In this document: in pieces, positions 13,030 through 26,500 of the stretch
How the letters are laid out: each line of letters starts with the position of its first letter
Numbering within the stretch: the stretch's first letter is position 1
Assembly: GCA_965649765.1 (NCBI GenBank)
Contig: OZ287750.1
Coordinates: 26,040,001-26,104,000 of the forward strand
Source: Bispira polyomma
Taxonomy: Eukaryota
DNA: 64,000 bases
Direction: 5' to 3'
The notes under the pieces: generated by a model
The model's database searches: none
The model's input: the letters and a program-made list of their open reading frames with translations, nothing else
What the model was told of the DNA's origin: nothing
Position numbers and translations under genes: made by a program

Positions 13030-14209
13030 TATCTCACACAGAGACCCGCATTAAAAATTTTTTGATGAACGTAAAAGTTTGATGATGCTACTTTCATCGA
13101 TGTTTGTCAGATGGAATTTTTTACTGTATTTTAAATGATACACATTTGGGAATGAAGGGATGAATGTGTTTTTTTTGTTGTTGTAAAGTACCCCGGCAGT
13201 AAGTATTACATTAAAGTTCTCTAGTGTTTATTTGTATTGACACATACGGGTGGATCAATGTTTTGATAACATTTGTAAAAGTTATCCACCAATATAAAAG
13301 CCCCAAGTTCTTTGGAAGGAACTTTAGGGTTTAGGTTGAGTGTAGCATGTATATTTTAAAATGTAGAACACTTCAAATCTTATAAATCCAGTTCACACCG
13401 TTCAAGTAACAAAAAACTTTCATATTGTTATTAAAAATCAAAATCAGATATTAACTGTATTATGTATATATTTATATGAATAGAGATTTGTTTTCCAGAA
13501 TAATTTGTGTACTTGAAGAGTGTATTGGATTATTTTAGCTTTTGTGTATGACAGTTTCTGAAATATTACATGTTTTATTTATGCCTGTTGTAAACCACTA
13601 GTTATAAGCAGATACAGCTGAAAAAGAGATAAAAAATATCTGAAACTTACAAACTTTGTGTTTTTCTCTCTTGTATTTTAACAGCTTTCCCGCATATTTA
13701 TTATTATTTTTTTTTTTTTTTAAGTTTACTCATGATTTTTATCGCGCCATATTGATGCCAGGCATCTTCTCAAGTGCATCATCAGAATTCATAAACCATT
13801 TTTTCATGATCCTAATACACAGCCAACTGGTTGTCATCCGAGTAGGCAATCACTGGTCTCTCACCTCTGGGCAGCGTGAGTTCGAATCCTGTCGATGCCT
13901 ATGTGGGAAAGGTGGTAGTTCCTTACTGTGGGCCGCTCGTTTCAGTGCAGAACCTTGATCAACTGTATGCAGCGTTTCCTCCAGCGTTTCGCAACTACCC
14001 CTCCCAATATAACCTAAACAGGTACTAGAGTGGATGTTAAATATCCAAATTCAAAGTCATCCGAGTAGACAATGTGGTGGTTACACCTTGCCCACGGTTG
14101 CTATCCCCCAATGTTGACCGGTATGGTATTGCCAAGAATCAAACTAAGGAGAGTATTCACCAGCCTAACTCGCCCCAACTAGGAGTCGAACCAGTGACCT
14201 TCTGATTTT

Positions 14210-14545
14210 GGTCTTTGTGGCATAGTGTCAGACTTTGGATCTCAGGGATCTTGAGAGCCCGGTTTCGATCCTCGCTGCAGGCCTAGAGATTGTACCCTTG
14301 GACAGATACTTTAAACAAATTGTCCCTCTCTACCCAAGTGTATAAATGGATACCTGGCCGCTAATGAGTGTTAGTGTTTGGGCGCTTCATGTAGCAGCAT
14401 GGCTAGTATGCTTCCTGAGGGAGCTAAGACTGAACAATGGTTGACAAGTTAAAGAACCCAGGCTGGTGTTGTAAACTGTAAAGTTGGCTTACACCTCAAT
14501 AGAGGTGATATCAGACTATAAACCTACACACATCTACATTTACAT
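14210..14545 (+). mobile_element. tRNA-derived SINE family A with CORE-like domain; copies at 19101-19430, 23070-23337 (-), 55965-56288 (-) and a 3' part at 43300-43421
   Basis: tRNA-like head; GTACCCTTGGACA...TGTCCCTCTCTACCCA.GTGTATAAATGG body; stem-loop CACCTCAATAGAGGTG and (TACAT)n tail. Confidence 0.82.
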
Positions 14546-17500
14546 CTCTAAACACCATCTGTCTTGGCATTAAAAACTATGGACTTAATAATGGAAAATT
14601 TTCTGAGCACACCATGGGTTGTACTTCTGAACCGGTCACTTGTAGACCATGTGACACTGTGTCAAAAGATGACTAAAAGTCTTTACCGGGACTTCAGCAG
14701 CATTAGAATACTCTGGGCAGTATATAACGGTAGTAAATCTACAGAAGTGGCACAATATGCATACTAATGTGGGGGTCACACTATGACAGTATGGACAGGC
14801 AGTAAGAGACTGAAAATCACCTGGTTGCACAGGGTTCTCAAACCTTCTGAGAAGCAGAAGTTTTGGGCATGTTAAAAACTTTAATGAAGCGAAAAAGGCA
14901 GAGAAATCATTCCGCCAGTAATCGTCCATTTCTGTTTGAAAGTATGACTGCAGATGAAGGGGTATATTTCCCTTAGATAGAACAGCCGATAGGACAAGCA
15001 GAAAGACAAGTTACCACCTTTGTGTGAACGGGGCATTACTCAATTGGTTTTTTTTTTCCTAGCAAGAGGAAATCATGAAAGCATCCAATCCTGAACATCA
15101 CTAAGAAACTGTTTCAAATTATCAAAGGTGTCAGAGAGGTCATCTGAAAACCAAACCATAAAGACAAACAATCCAGAAGAGTACTGTGATCAATGCTATC
15201 AAAAGCTTTCTTGTGCATATTACCTACATTTGTCTTTTCTGCATAACTTACAAGATTTTATAATTGGTATGGCTTGAGGGGTTAGTTCTGTTTGTAGATT
15301 AGATAGAGGTGTATCAAAGGTTACACAGAAGTTCAGAACATTCTTTCTCCACACCTATTGTAGTTCTCTTTCCGGCAGATAGATATATTTGTTGACCAAA
15401 ACTATAACACCAGAAGTACTTGCCACAGGTTTGTTTGATACAAATATGCTTTCAGTGGATTGAATTGTGCAACATTATGGTCTATCAAGACTAGATCTTA
15501 GCAGGTATTTGTCACAGGAAGTTGGAAACATGTTTCATAGGTGATAATAAAAATTGTTCCTACGATTTTTACCCAAGAAGGTTTTACTCACAATATGTTC
15601 AGTAAGTACTTAATACGTGTCACATGACCTTCATTAGGGTACATGTTCACCGATATGGTCTAAGTTGATTTTTTTTACCTTTGTAGTTTTAATCTTGTTA
15701 AAATATTGTCCACATTATATCTCCGTAGCTCTTCACCAAAGGAAGTGCATATTTTATTAAAAAAATGCTCATTATGACATGTGACCACATTTTGATCTTT
15801 TGACTTGTGACCTGGACCATATATATTCTTATATATTTCAGTGACAAATCATGACAAAAAATTTATGTATTTGGTTCATTGGATTGTAGAATCGTTCAAT
15901 GAATCAATGATCTGATCCAACCTTATATTCTGGCTTTTGACCTCAAGAGCTGTGACCTTCACCTTAAAAGACTGTCCAGCATGTCTGAAAAGCTATACAC
16001 ATATACACAAAGGTCACAGTCATTTGAAAGAGTTTTAGATGTCTTCAGATATATATGCCAATTCCCCTGTGCAGGTAGATTCCATGAATGTCCTACTGCA
16101 AATAACTGTTGGACATTCTGAACACCAAAACAGCTGCTACCGCTCTGCTTCTGAAACATCAGCTTTATTGTAAATTTCTGGACGCTACATAAAGCATACA
16201 TCTGCATCTGAGCATATCTTTCCTGCCTCTAGGGACTTGAGTAGATTTAGGTTGAACCAAGTACAACTAATTGCACTGAGGGCTGCAGATAGAATATCGG
16301 GTTTTACAACAGTATTTGTATTTTACTGTATTATATATTTATAACGTACTTTATTGATGCAATGCATCTTGAAAAGTAACACAACCAAATCAACAAATCC
16401 TGTGTCACACAACATAGCCTGGGTCGCTATCAGTAAGCAATTGAGTGTTCACATCTTGTCCAAGGATGTTATTGCACCAATAAACCTGGGCTAAGCAGCA
16501 TTAGCAGGAGCCGAACCGGGGACCTTCTGCTTACCAGAATAACTCCCCAAACACTAGACCATGGGAGACCACAAGGAATGTATGTTGACCTGAACTAGTT
16601 ATTAGAAAAAAATATGTAAGGCCTTCATAGATTGGTTGGAAGCAAGCAACATGGCCACACTGAGGGATGTTGGATTCATATTTCTTACACTGTGCACCTG
16701 TGTTTTTTTAAAAGACAACTCTTGTTTGACCATATTTTTACCTGCTTTGTTGGGCTCGATATTTTGACCATATTTTTACCTCCTTTGTTGGGCTCGATAT
16801 GATATGACACAACAACACAGACTATAAAACACAGATTTTGAAATGTTTCATCACTTTGTATTAGAAATCGCAATCCTAATGAATGCTGTAGTATTTTATG
16901 GACCTGTGTGTTACTATAGATGGTAGTGTCTGGCATTTTCAGTTGGCTCAGGCATATTCTAATTTGGCACAACTAAAAAGCATCGGCTGCTTCTTTGCCT
17001 TACCTCTAGTCATTAAACAGTAATTCACTTCTAATGTATAAACTTCCACATGACAGAAATGGTTTTGCGTTATTTGTGGTCAACAAGATGATTTTTAAGT
17101 ATGGTTAAACCTTTCGCGACTGGGACAAAAACTTATGCCAGTAAGTGAAGGAAAATTTTCTACAAGAGGTTACAGATAGCTTGAAGTCACTAAAACACAA
17201 ACCACTTCCTGCACCTAATAACTACCTTGTGTATAATTTATTAAACAGGAAGGTGTGCTGTAGTTAACAATTTCCTATGGCTAGAAACTATCCTATGGCT
17301 AGGAACTACTATCCTATGGCTAAGAACTAAAGGTAAAAAAAATTATCTTTTTTTTGGGGGGGGTGGGGGGGGGGGTGGGGGGTGGGGGTCAACTCCTTGC
17401 CGACAGACAAAGGTTGAGGAAGTTACAATTGCTGTCAGCTGCTTTCCGACAACCTATAGGGATCGAAAGGGTTAATGCTTATTAAACGTTTGTGAGAAAT

Positions 17501-20500
17501 AAGGCAAAATAGCATGATGACAAGGACAGCATTATCACCAACTGGTGTCATGTAGTATTAGTAAAGAATTGCAGTGTTAGTCCTTAAATAACACCAGCAG
17601 ACACTGTAACCATGTGAAAACACATAGACATTGGATGTTACTTTCTGGGCCACTTCAATGTAAAGATATGGATCATGAAATGTGGGTCCAGATAATAGAT
17701 TGTGAGACAATCTATCCACTAAATAATTAACATATTTAATATATAAATAATTTATATATTTATATGACAAAAACAATGCCACGGAGCCCTTGGTCGGAAA
17801 TCAATATACAGTCAAATGTCTTTAAGTAGAACTCTGATAAGTGGAATTACCTGTTTAGTGAAAGTTATTAGAAGGTCCCATTGCTACATTTTTGATTAAA
17901 ATTTACCCTGTTAAGTAAAATTTCTGTTGAATAGAACAAATTTTGATGGTCCCTCAAGATTCGACCTAACAGGGTTCCACGGTAGGTTTCCCCCATCTTT
18001 ATTGTCGTAATTACTAGATCATTTGCTGAAGATGATTTTGTGATCAAAGATAAAAGCTTGCTTAAATATAATGAGGTTGTAATTTGTTAAGTTAAGTTAA
18101 ACCTTCTGAAATCTATTGGGCCAAGATTTAATAAAAATCTTAAACGTAAACTCACAATAATCTTAAAACATGTCCCACATATTTAAGTTCATTGCTGAAA
18201 GCTTGGTTAAAATGAATGGCAATATGTCTAGGTTATTCTCATTAGAAAGGAAATTTATATACCGTACATGGTTTTCAAGCATGAGTTTCAGTTTTGAAAC
18301 ATAAACAGCCCCAGTAAGGTCCGACTAAGATCTACTTATATATCTGTGTATGTCTTTGTGACCAGTATAACTTTCACACTGGTCCACATGATATATGTTT
18401 GGTGATCAGATCTGCTAAGTTTCCACAGGAAAAACAATATCCTGTTTTTATCCTTTATTAACATAAGATTTGGTAAACACTTCAAACAGTCTGCCTGTCA
18501 ACTGTTTAAATGCTGCAACTGGATAAATGACAATCTAGTCATCGCTTTATATGGTGGAGAAAAATCACAACAAAAAATTCTGGTAATGCAAACAGTTACA
18601 AAGTATCAATTAGGTTTAGAGCTTCAACAAAAAGTATGATAGCAATTCATTGTTCTGTGTGGGTTATTCTAATACATTTACACTAAATACATTTAAATGC
18701 ATTTTGATTGTAGACCTGCTAGAACTATAATGGTGGAGTACTGTAGGTTATGTACATGTACTAATATATGCCAGAATATAGTCTTTGTAATAATTTTTAA
18801 AAATATATATAGCAAATATGTACAGTTAAAAGACCCTATTTCCCATATTCAAGTGGATGTCTGTTGATTTAGTGATTTACTTTTTATGTGGAGATCTGTA
18901 GTCCCACAAATGCGTTTACTTTTAAAATGTACCATCTTAAGTGACTATCCTGCTTCAAGTAGCCTATGCTCATTGAGGTTGGACTGAAAGGGGTTAAACT
19001 GTATAACTATATCCACTTACATTAACAACTTTTGTTATGTAATCTCTAAAGTGATGGAAACTAAATTCCAGAAAATAGTGAATATATGGGCCATATTGGT
19101 GGTCTCTGTGGCCTGGCGGTTGGAGTGTCGGATTTTGGATCTGAAAGATTAGAGGATCCCGGTTCGATCCTCGCTGCTGGCCTGTTGATTGTACCCTTGG
19201 ACAAGGCAAGTTGTCCCTCTCTACCCAGGGGTATAATTGGTTTATGTGTCCGCTAACAAGTGTTAGTCTTTGTGCGCCATATATAGCAGCATGACTAGTA
19301 TGTTTTTGAGGGAGCTGAGACTGAACAACTGGTAGACAAGTGAAAGAACACAGGCTGGAGTAATAATGTCAAAGTGCATTAGATAACAGTGATATTCATA
19401 ACTGCAGTATATCAAATGATAATTATTGATGAAGGGTTTTACAACTAAGCTCATATAGTTATGTCAAATAAGAGCATAGTCAAAGACAGCATGAGATATT
19501 GGGTCTTTTAAAAATACAGTGGATCCTCTCTTGTAGGAGGGGTCCCAGTCGCCTAGTGATCAGAAGCGCCTGTTTCCCAATCACTAGTTTCTCATCAATG
19601 TGGGTTCGAATCCTATTCGTTCCTTCATGTGGTAAAGTATGTCAGGTACTTACCTTAGGTCTGTGATTTACACGTGCTTCACAACTAGTTTCTTCCACTA
19701 TTGAATGTTGCCAATCAAAATTTTAATTTGGTCTAGGCAGATTTAAAATCCGCCTAGGCAGGATTAAAATTTTGATTGCGCCTAGGCGAGATTAGAATTT
19801 CGATTTGTAAATCTTGAATTAAAATCACTTTGAAATGCATAGGACCTGGTTTTAATAGCACTTATGGCCTGGTCACACATTGCCGGTATGATAGGCGGTA
19901 CTAGAAGGTGGCAGAAGATATTGTAACTTGTCTTTCTGCCTATTAATTTGGCTGTTCCAACTATGCAAAATGTACCCTCTGAAACATGTCGGGATAAGTT
20001 TAACAGATGAAATAAAAAAGGAAAAAGGCGATGCTACTACAATAGACCTACAGTAGTGAAAATGGAAATAGGCGGAAACTGGAGAAGGAGTTAAGGTAGT
20101 GAAACAGAAATACACGGAAAAAGGCAGAAATCCACAATTAGAGGGACGGAAGACCTACAGTAGAAATCGGTACTACCCAGAAATTTGCAGAGGTATTTTA
20201 CCGCTCTTTTCCGCTTTGGTGAGGCCAAAATTTACAGTCAGTTACAGACAGCAAGGGAAAGAAGCTAAACGTAGAGGAAGCTATAGATAGGGTTCTTGGA
20301 GGTAGAAGACGATTTTACAAACGTCTCTAACTGCCTATCCATACCACCATAGTGAGCTGGGCTTTACAGATAGATTTATTGCAGCTCAGATAACCACTTT
20401 ATAATGACATTTGTGTCATATCTGCAGTGGCTGCTTATAGAATCCTAAGGATGTTTTGTTAATACATTTTGTATCCTAAAATATTATGTTTTCCTCTTTT

Positions 20501-20910
20501 TTCTAATCTTCAAGTGTAAAAGTATGTACCAATGTTGCCCTAAATTACCCAAAACAATCTCAGATACCTTTTGTTGGAAATATATGATCTGAATGTTTCC
20601 TGCATGTTGCATTTATCATTTCATTTTTGGTTGTGTTTACTAAGTACTGGAACAATTATACACTCTTTTAAAATAGAGTAACATTAGGGCAACTGAGATA
20701 TTCAATAGGTACAATTAATTTTCAATTAGAAGGGTAAGAAATTTGATAAAAATAGCCATGGTTATGAACATACATTCACATCCGTATAAAAGGAAAATTT
20801 GAATCACCATATGTTTTTTGTGATAAGAAGTGTGAAATCTACAAGCTGTAAAAATATATACTAGAACAGATCTAAAGATAAAGGTCATATATCATCAGGA
20901 TGAAAGATAC

Positions 20911-21436
20911 AACTACAAAGGAACTCAGCGAAGTGCATACCTCAATCAAGGCCCCACATTCTACCCAAAAAAACCAGGTGTAAAGAAAATTGTATTGTAT
21001 TCTATAATTTTAACATGCTTTATTGAGGCAAGGCATCTTCTAAAGCACAACAACAGAATTAATCAACTTATCATATGTCCTACAACAAAGGCCTGGCATG
21101 GAACGTCACCAGTAGGCAATGGCATGTTCACATCTTGCCCAAGGATGTTATCACACCAATGAACTTATAGTGGCATTAGCAGGAGTTGGGCCGGGGACCT
21201 TCTGATCACCAGACCGACTCTTTAACCACTAGGCCATGGGAGACCACAGAAACTTCATGCACCTAAACTTCTATCTGGGTCCACTACAAAATTTAATCGA
21301 TTCTTAAATTGGCCCATGCCCCATATTCCTCTACCATATTTCTTGTAAATCGATTTCTGACTTTGTGTAGTCCTGGTGACATAGAAAAACCAAACAAAAC
21401 AGAGGTGAAAACATAACTTCCTTGGTGGAGATAATT
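20911..21436 (-). mobile_element. Non-autonomous Helentron (HINE-like) interrupted by a SINE
   Basis: Sub-TIRs TACCTCAATCAAGG (20938) and CCTTGGTGGAGATA (21420); terminal hairpin remnant ACTCAGCGAAGT; GAAAACATAAC motif next to the sub-TIR. Confidence 0.6.
20990..21245 (-). mobile_element. tRNA-derived SINE family C; copies at 16310-16570 (-) and 13690-14208 (-, interrupted); head-only copies at 36867-36965 and 31807-32110
   Basis: Head GGTCTCCCATGGCCTAGTGGTT...GTCTGGTGATCAGAAGGTCCCCGG, CORE-like CCTTGGGCAAGATG, (ATACA)n tail. Confidence 0.8.
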
Positions 21437-21689
21437 AAGACCATATTCTCAAGAGGTCTTAGTCTTAATCTCAAGATTTTGGCTAAAAATGTTAAGATTT
21501 TGGTCTCAGTCCCCAGTGACAGTGAGAATATATACATTTTTTTGTGCTAACTTTGCTTTTCATTCTAAGACCAAGAGTAGACAGTTTTTCAATATTTTAG
21601 ACACAAATGTTAAGCTTCAGACTAAGTTAAGACTAAAACCTTTTGTGTGATAACAGCCCCAGATTTATATTATAGCATAGATGTACATG

Positions 21690-22330
21690 GTATATATATA
21701 TAAATTCTGCACCAATAGGTAAATAACAGAAGTGCAATTAGAAATAATTGTGTGGTATAACAATAAGGAGACTATTTTACACAAATGTATTTAAGCATAA
21801 AGGTAATTTCCTCTTCTGAAAGACATACACTGTCATTAACTCTATTGCATTTAAGACTGTCTCTGAAACTAAGGAAACTTGCGATATTACTTACATTTAC
21901 ATAATCGTCAGTTGTACACTTTAAAATATGTTTTTTTTTATACGATTATGAATAAATTTATTACTGTAGGACAAACTATTTTCCAAGCTGATACCATATT
22001 TTAATCTAATATAATTTATATTCTTACAAACTACAGATTTACTACCATTGAGAGTCTAAGGCTGGCACATAACATAGTAACTGACTTATGACTACTGACA
22101 ATACTCTTCATCAACTTGATAAATCTCTTATGTACCTGAGCATCAATTGGTATACCTTTTTAATAAACTGATATTTAATATCTGATGCACACTAACTAAA
22201 TTGGGCAATTTTAAAAAGTTATCCTTGTCACAAAGTCTTATCAATTCAGATGAATTAGACCCAATGATATTTCCAAGGTGAGTTGCAATATTTACACTTT
22301 GAATATTAACGTTGTAATTTATGTAACATT
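21690..22330 (-). mobile_element. Degenerate 5'-truncated LINE (Proto2-like C-terminus; clade tentative)
   Basis: Minus-strand translation with frameshifts: ATHLGNIIGS (late RT), SDIKYQF, IPIDAQVHKRFIKLMKSI, NGSKSVVCKNINYIRLKYGI, and LSEEEI...LKYICVK*. Confidence 0.65.
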
Positions 22331-25300
22331 GAATACTTTAAACATAAAGTGAATAAATTTAAGATCTCAAACTGAATTTAGTTGTTGTTTTTTGTGCCAA
22401 TAAAAGAAAACACAAAATCTAAGCCTGTTTTTGGTTTTTGCTCTATGTGCGTCATCCAACATGTTACAGGACCTGCATTATCATCAGTTACAGCAAGAAT
22501 TCTCAAATGCTTAATAACAACCCAGTGTGTGAAATGATAAAACTGCTGTATTTATATAGAATGTCAAACAATACATTCATTGTCACTAGCTCATATTTTA
22601 GTTCATAGGTGAATTTTGCGGTTTCTGTTTTCTCGGTAGAATCTATCTCATCTTTAGTTTTAATAAAAGCACAAATACAGTATTTTATAATTCTCTCAGG
22701 AAGAATTTCACCTGATGTATTCTTTTTGTTTACAAGTATCTGGTAACAAAAAACTTTTGGAGGTTGATAACGAGTCTCCACCAGGTGACTAATACAGGGA
22801 TTTAAAAAACACAGCTGTAAATAACATTAAATATTATAATTTACCCTTAGAATTTTTACTGGCAGGGTTACTAAAGGGTTTGGTTCAGAAGGGATGATTG
22901 TACCCATTTCTGATAACTTCAAAATTGGCTGAGATTTTTTATAATTCCTAGTTTGAGCGGAAGATATGTAAGTGGCCCCCGACATGCATGGGTTGTTGTC
23001 AGAGATATGTTGTTTGTGCACAAATGGCTTTGGTAATGTATTGATTTCCTCCCCTGTATTTTATATAGAATGCGTTGTGCTGTGTTGTGTCGTCCCCTGT
23101 AGTGTAGTGTTGCAGTAGTCGACGGTTTGTGAGGCCCTTAAGGGGACACCTGTGACCCCCATCTGCTTCCACATGGGGAAAATAACCTTTCTGTCCTTGA
23201 CCTTGTTGCTGGGAGAGAGGGACAACTTTGTTGCAAAACACCTTGTCCAAGGGTACAATCACCATTCCAGCAGTGAGGATAGAATTGGAACCCTCAGATC
23301 CAAAGTCAGACACTCTAACCACTAGGCCACAGAGACCTCTCATGCAGTGGTACAATTTGAGAGGAGCTGCTAAAACAATAGCAGGTACAGTCAGGTGAGG
23401 GCCATAGTAAGATTCATAGTGTTAACTTTTTGTATTAGTCAATTTGATTGGATAAAAATTTTGTTTCAAAAAAGTTGTTTGGCTAAGACTAAGAAAACTC
23501 TAAGAATTGTATCTTCGAGCATCCAATTATCGATCACGTAAGCAGGAAAACGACGATAAATATAAAGAACAATTTAATACCTGTTTTCACCTCATTCTGG
23601 TAGTAAGCTGCGGTCACATGACCCAGTAAAATGGATATTGATCGATAATGGGAAGTGCCCGATAATAGGAAGTGTGGCAAGCATATTGTAAGACTGTTTG
23701 TGAATACAACATACAAGAGAGAACCACGATTATATGAACTTCTGTTATCAAATATTTTATTTTATAAATTTAATTTTACTCTCCCAAAACTGGCATTTTC
23801 TCCTATTGTTTTAAACTAAAATTCCTCTTTTAGTTTACAAACCTTCTATTATCCAAACAAAATTTTGTTATCCCAACATTGTTTAGATGGTACAGATTAC
23901 ACTTATATAATATTTGATTTTATGGGAAAAAATTTTGATGGTATAGGACTGTTATAGTGAATATTAGTGCCCAGTATAAAATGCTCGCCCATCTCATAAG
24001 TATATGCCAATTAACATAACTGCTCCTGTGATAAAAGCATTACTACTAAAACTGAGTCTATAAGTTGGTCCACTGAGTGCAGAATGTTTAAAATCGACCA
24101 CACCTCAAGAGGGGTTGAAGTATTAAAAATATTTAAAACTTTAGAATGGATTCTATGCTTGAAATAATAATATGTTTTCACTATGATTTATGTATTTATA
24201 GCATGCTGCATGTATATGTTGAATGACCAAAAGGAAGGTTATACCAACAAAGGACAATGGTCATTTATGACATCCGACCAAAGGACTTTTGAAAACTAAA
24301 CAAGTATTTTTTTTTTAAAAAAAAGACACAGGCGCACAGTGTGACAAATACAAATACACTGATGTTGATATGGCCACTCTAGAAATAAAGTCTGAGAGCT
24401 CATACTTTTTTGGCGATTTAACTTTAGGACGGGAATTGCTCACTGGTGACTTTGCGTTCGATGCACACTGCTGGTCTTCAATTTTAGGCAGTGCCTGATA
24501 GTTTCTTTCCGACACCCCTCAGTTTGGACTTACATATTTTTTTTAAGATGGCGGAGCCCTGAACAGAATAATATTAATATCTGTATGCGCCTGATAAAAA
24601 AATACCAGAAAGTTCAATGTACTTCATGTGTCAAACTGAAGTGATAGCTGTAATAATAAACTTAATTTGAAATAGTCAAAAGAATGGAGCCAAGATTCTA
24701 GAACATAAACACTACCAATTACTAAATGTGACCTCACAAATACAATTAAATCACAGAGGATTGTCATCTTAGTACTTTGACAAAAGACACTGTATATATA
24801 TGGTGATTCTTGCGATCTACAACTCTCTGCCACAATTCAGCGGAACCTCTATTATCCTCAAATTTCTATTATTCGATTTTATGAACTAATTTCCAGTGTA
24901 TAAACCAAAATATTTACACTTTCTTATTGTTTTACACTAAAATACCTTCTATTTTATGAATCTTTCTGTTATCCAAACAAAACTTGCTCTCCCAACATTT
25001 AGTTTGGATAATAGAGGTTCTACTATATATTGTATTTTAAGATTCTCTTCACAAAATCTTACATATATAGTGATTTAACCTCCATTATGTAGTGTTTACA
25101 CCTTCATAATCTATAGAGCCTTTTACTCCAGATTTCAAGAACTTGTGTCATCTGGAGTAAAACAGGGTATAAACAGGAGAGATTGGAAAGACTGGTATCA
25201 GAGCCAGAAGTTTTGGACATGTTCAAAACTTCTGTGGGTGGTCAGCTCTAAAACTAACATCTCGATGTGGTCAAGGCGTAAACGGGACATAAATTGGTCA

Positions 25301-26360
25301 CGATAAATCTGGCATAAACTAGTCATAATCTTTTGAGATCTGGTAAAAACTGGGCATATCCTGGTTAAAAACTGGGCATATCTTTTGGGCATGATCTGGC
25401 GGATCATATGCAAACGAGCATTTTCACTCATTCCCTCCAGTGTGGTCTAGTATAAATGAGGCTAAGATCTTGATAGTATATAAACGTTACATTAATAAAA
25501 ACATAAATATCTGTTAAATTGCTTTCTTTAGCCTTTCTTACACATACTATATGTAGTTTTGTAGTGCAGCAAATTTTCAGATTCCTTGACCTGGTGAAAC
25601 ATTTGACACCTTTCTAAAATATCGTTGACTTGCCATTCAAACATTGTGAATTGTCCTTGACTGGCTCTTCAACCTGTCATTAAATAACTAGTACTTGTTA
25701 CTCTCTCTTCAATGTATCTTTAAGTATCCACTGGTTACTGGTTCATGTATGTTACATATGGCACCATAATTTAAACAGGGTTGTCAGTGGTTAATTAGCT
25801 GAAAGACACTTGTTGAGGGTTAATTATGTGCTGGAACTTGAGAGCAAAAAGTATAGCTTCAAGTAGGGATTTTCATACACTATTCTAAAAAAGTAGGGTG
25901 ACAGTAGGGAAAAATGACAACAAATGGCGGCATTTTGGGATAAAAAAAATGGCCGTTAGACTCACATATTTGGCCGATAAATGAGTGATGTCTCTACAGG
26001 CCTGCTTTTTGCCTCAGCAAAATAAAGAAAATTTAATGTTATTTTCAGTCATATAAAATACTGTTTCCATAACCACAAAATGTAATTTTTACAAGTTGAT
26101 GTAAAATTATTTCTTGCTATGTAATGCTTGGAAATATTTCTGGTTTTATTTCCGTATATGGTCAAAGTGATTGGGCCATATTCACTAAAGGTCTTAATCT
26201 TAAGATTTTGGTCTTTTGTTTTGGTTAAAAAGATTAGGATTTTGGTCTTTAAAGTCCGAGTGACAGTAACAAAATATCTTTGTTTTGTTCAGTGCTAATT
26301 TTGCTCCTAACACGAAGACTAACATAGAAGGCAGGCTTAAATATATTAGACATTAATGTT

Positions 26361-26500
26361 AATCTAATCTATCTAATCTAATCAAACTTTTATTGCGCTT
26401 AATCTCCATTAAGGTGGATTCTAAGGCGCATATATCAAGTCCTTTAATGTTCTTTTCCGGAAGGTGGTCGTATCAGAGGAGACGCCAGAAAGAATAAAGT
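26361..26500 (-). mobile_element. Short L2-type 3' tail inserted in a Harbinger MITE
   Basis: Minus strand GCGCCTTAGAATCC...GGAGATTAAGCGCAATAAAAG plus (ATTAG)n matches the tail of the LINE at 40958-41020. Confidence 0.75.

Larger units (their letters stand above)
3426..13650 (+). other. Putative long 3'UTR of the MARCH gene with several candidate poly(A) signals
   Basis: Sustained T/TG-rich skew and many TGTA motifs. AATAAA near 8157, 9333, 10095 and 12103; GATAAA near 13628 followed by a GT/T-rich tract. No coding exons seen. The extent is inferred. Confidence 0.4.

Noticed and set aside
15063-15230. Possible coding exon after a strong pyrimidine tract
   Set aside because: All frames close quickly and there is no convincing donor.
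18020-18062. Hammerhead ribozyme (CTGAAGA/CTGATGA cores; also at 557 and 46666)
   Set aside because: No GAAA core with the flanking stems I-III.
22503-22781. 92-aa minus-strand ORF next to the LINE remnant
   Set aside because: No RT or transposase motifs and no splice support.
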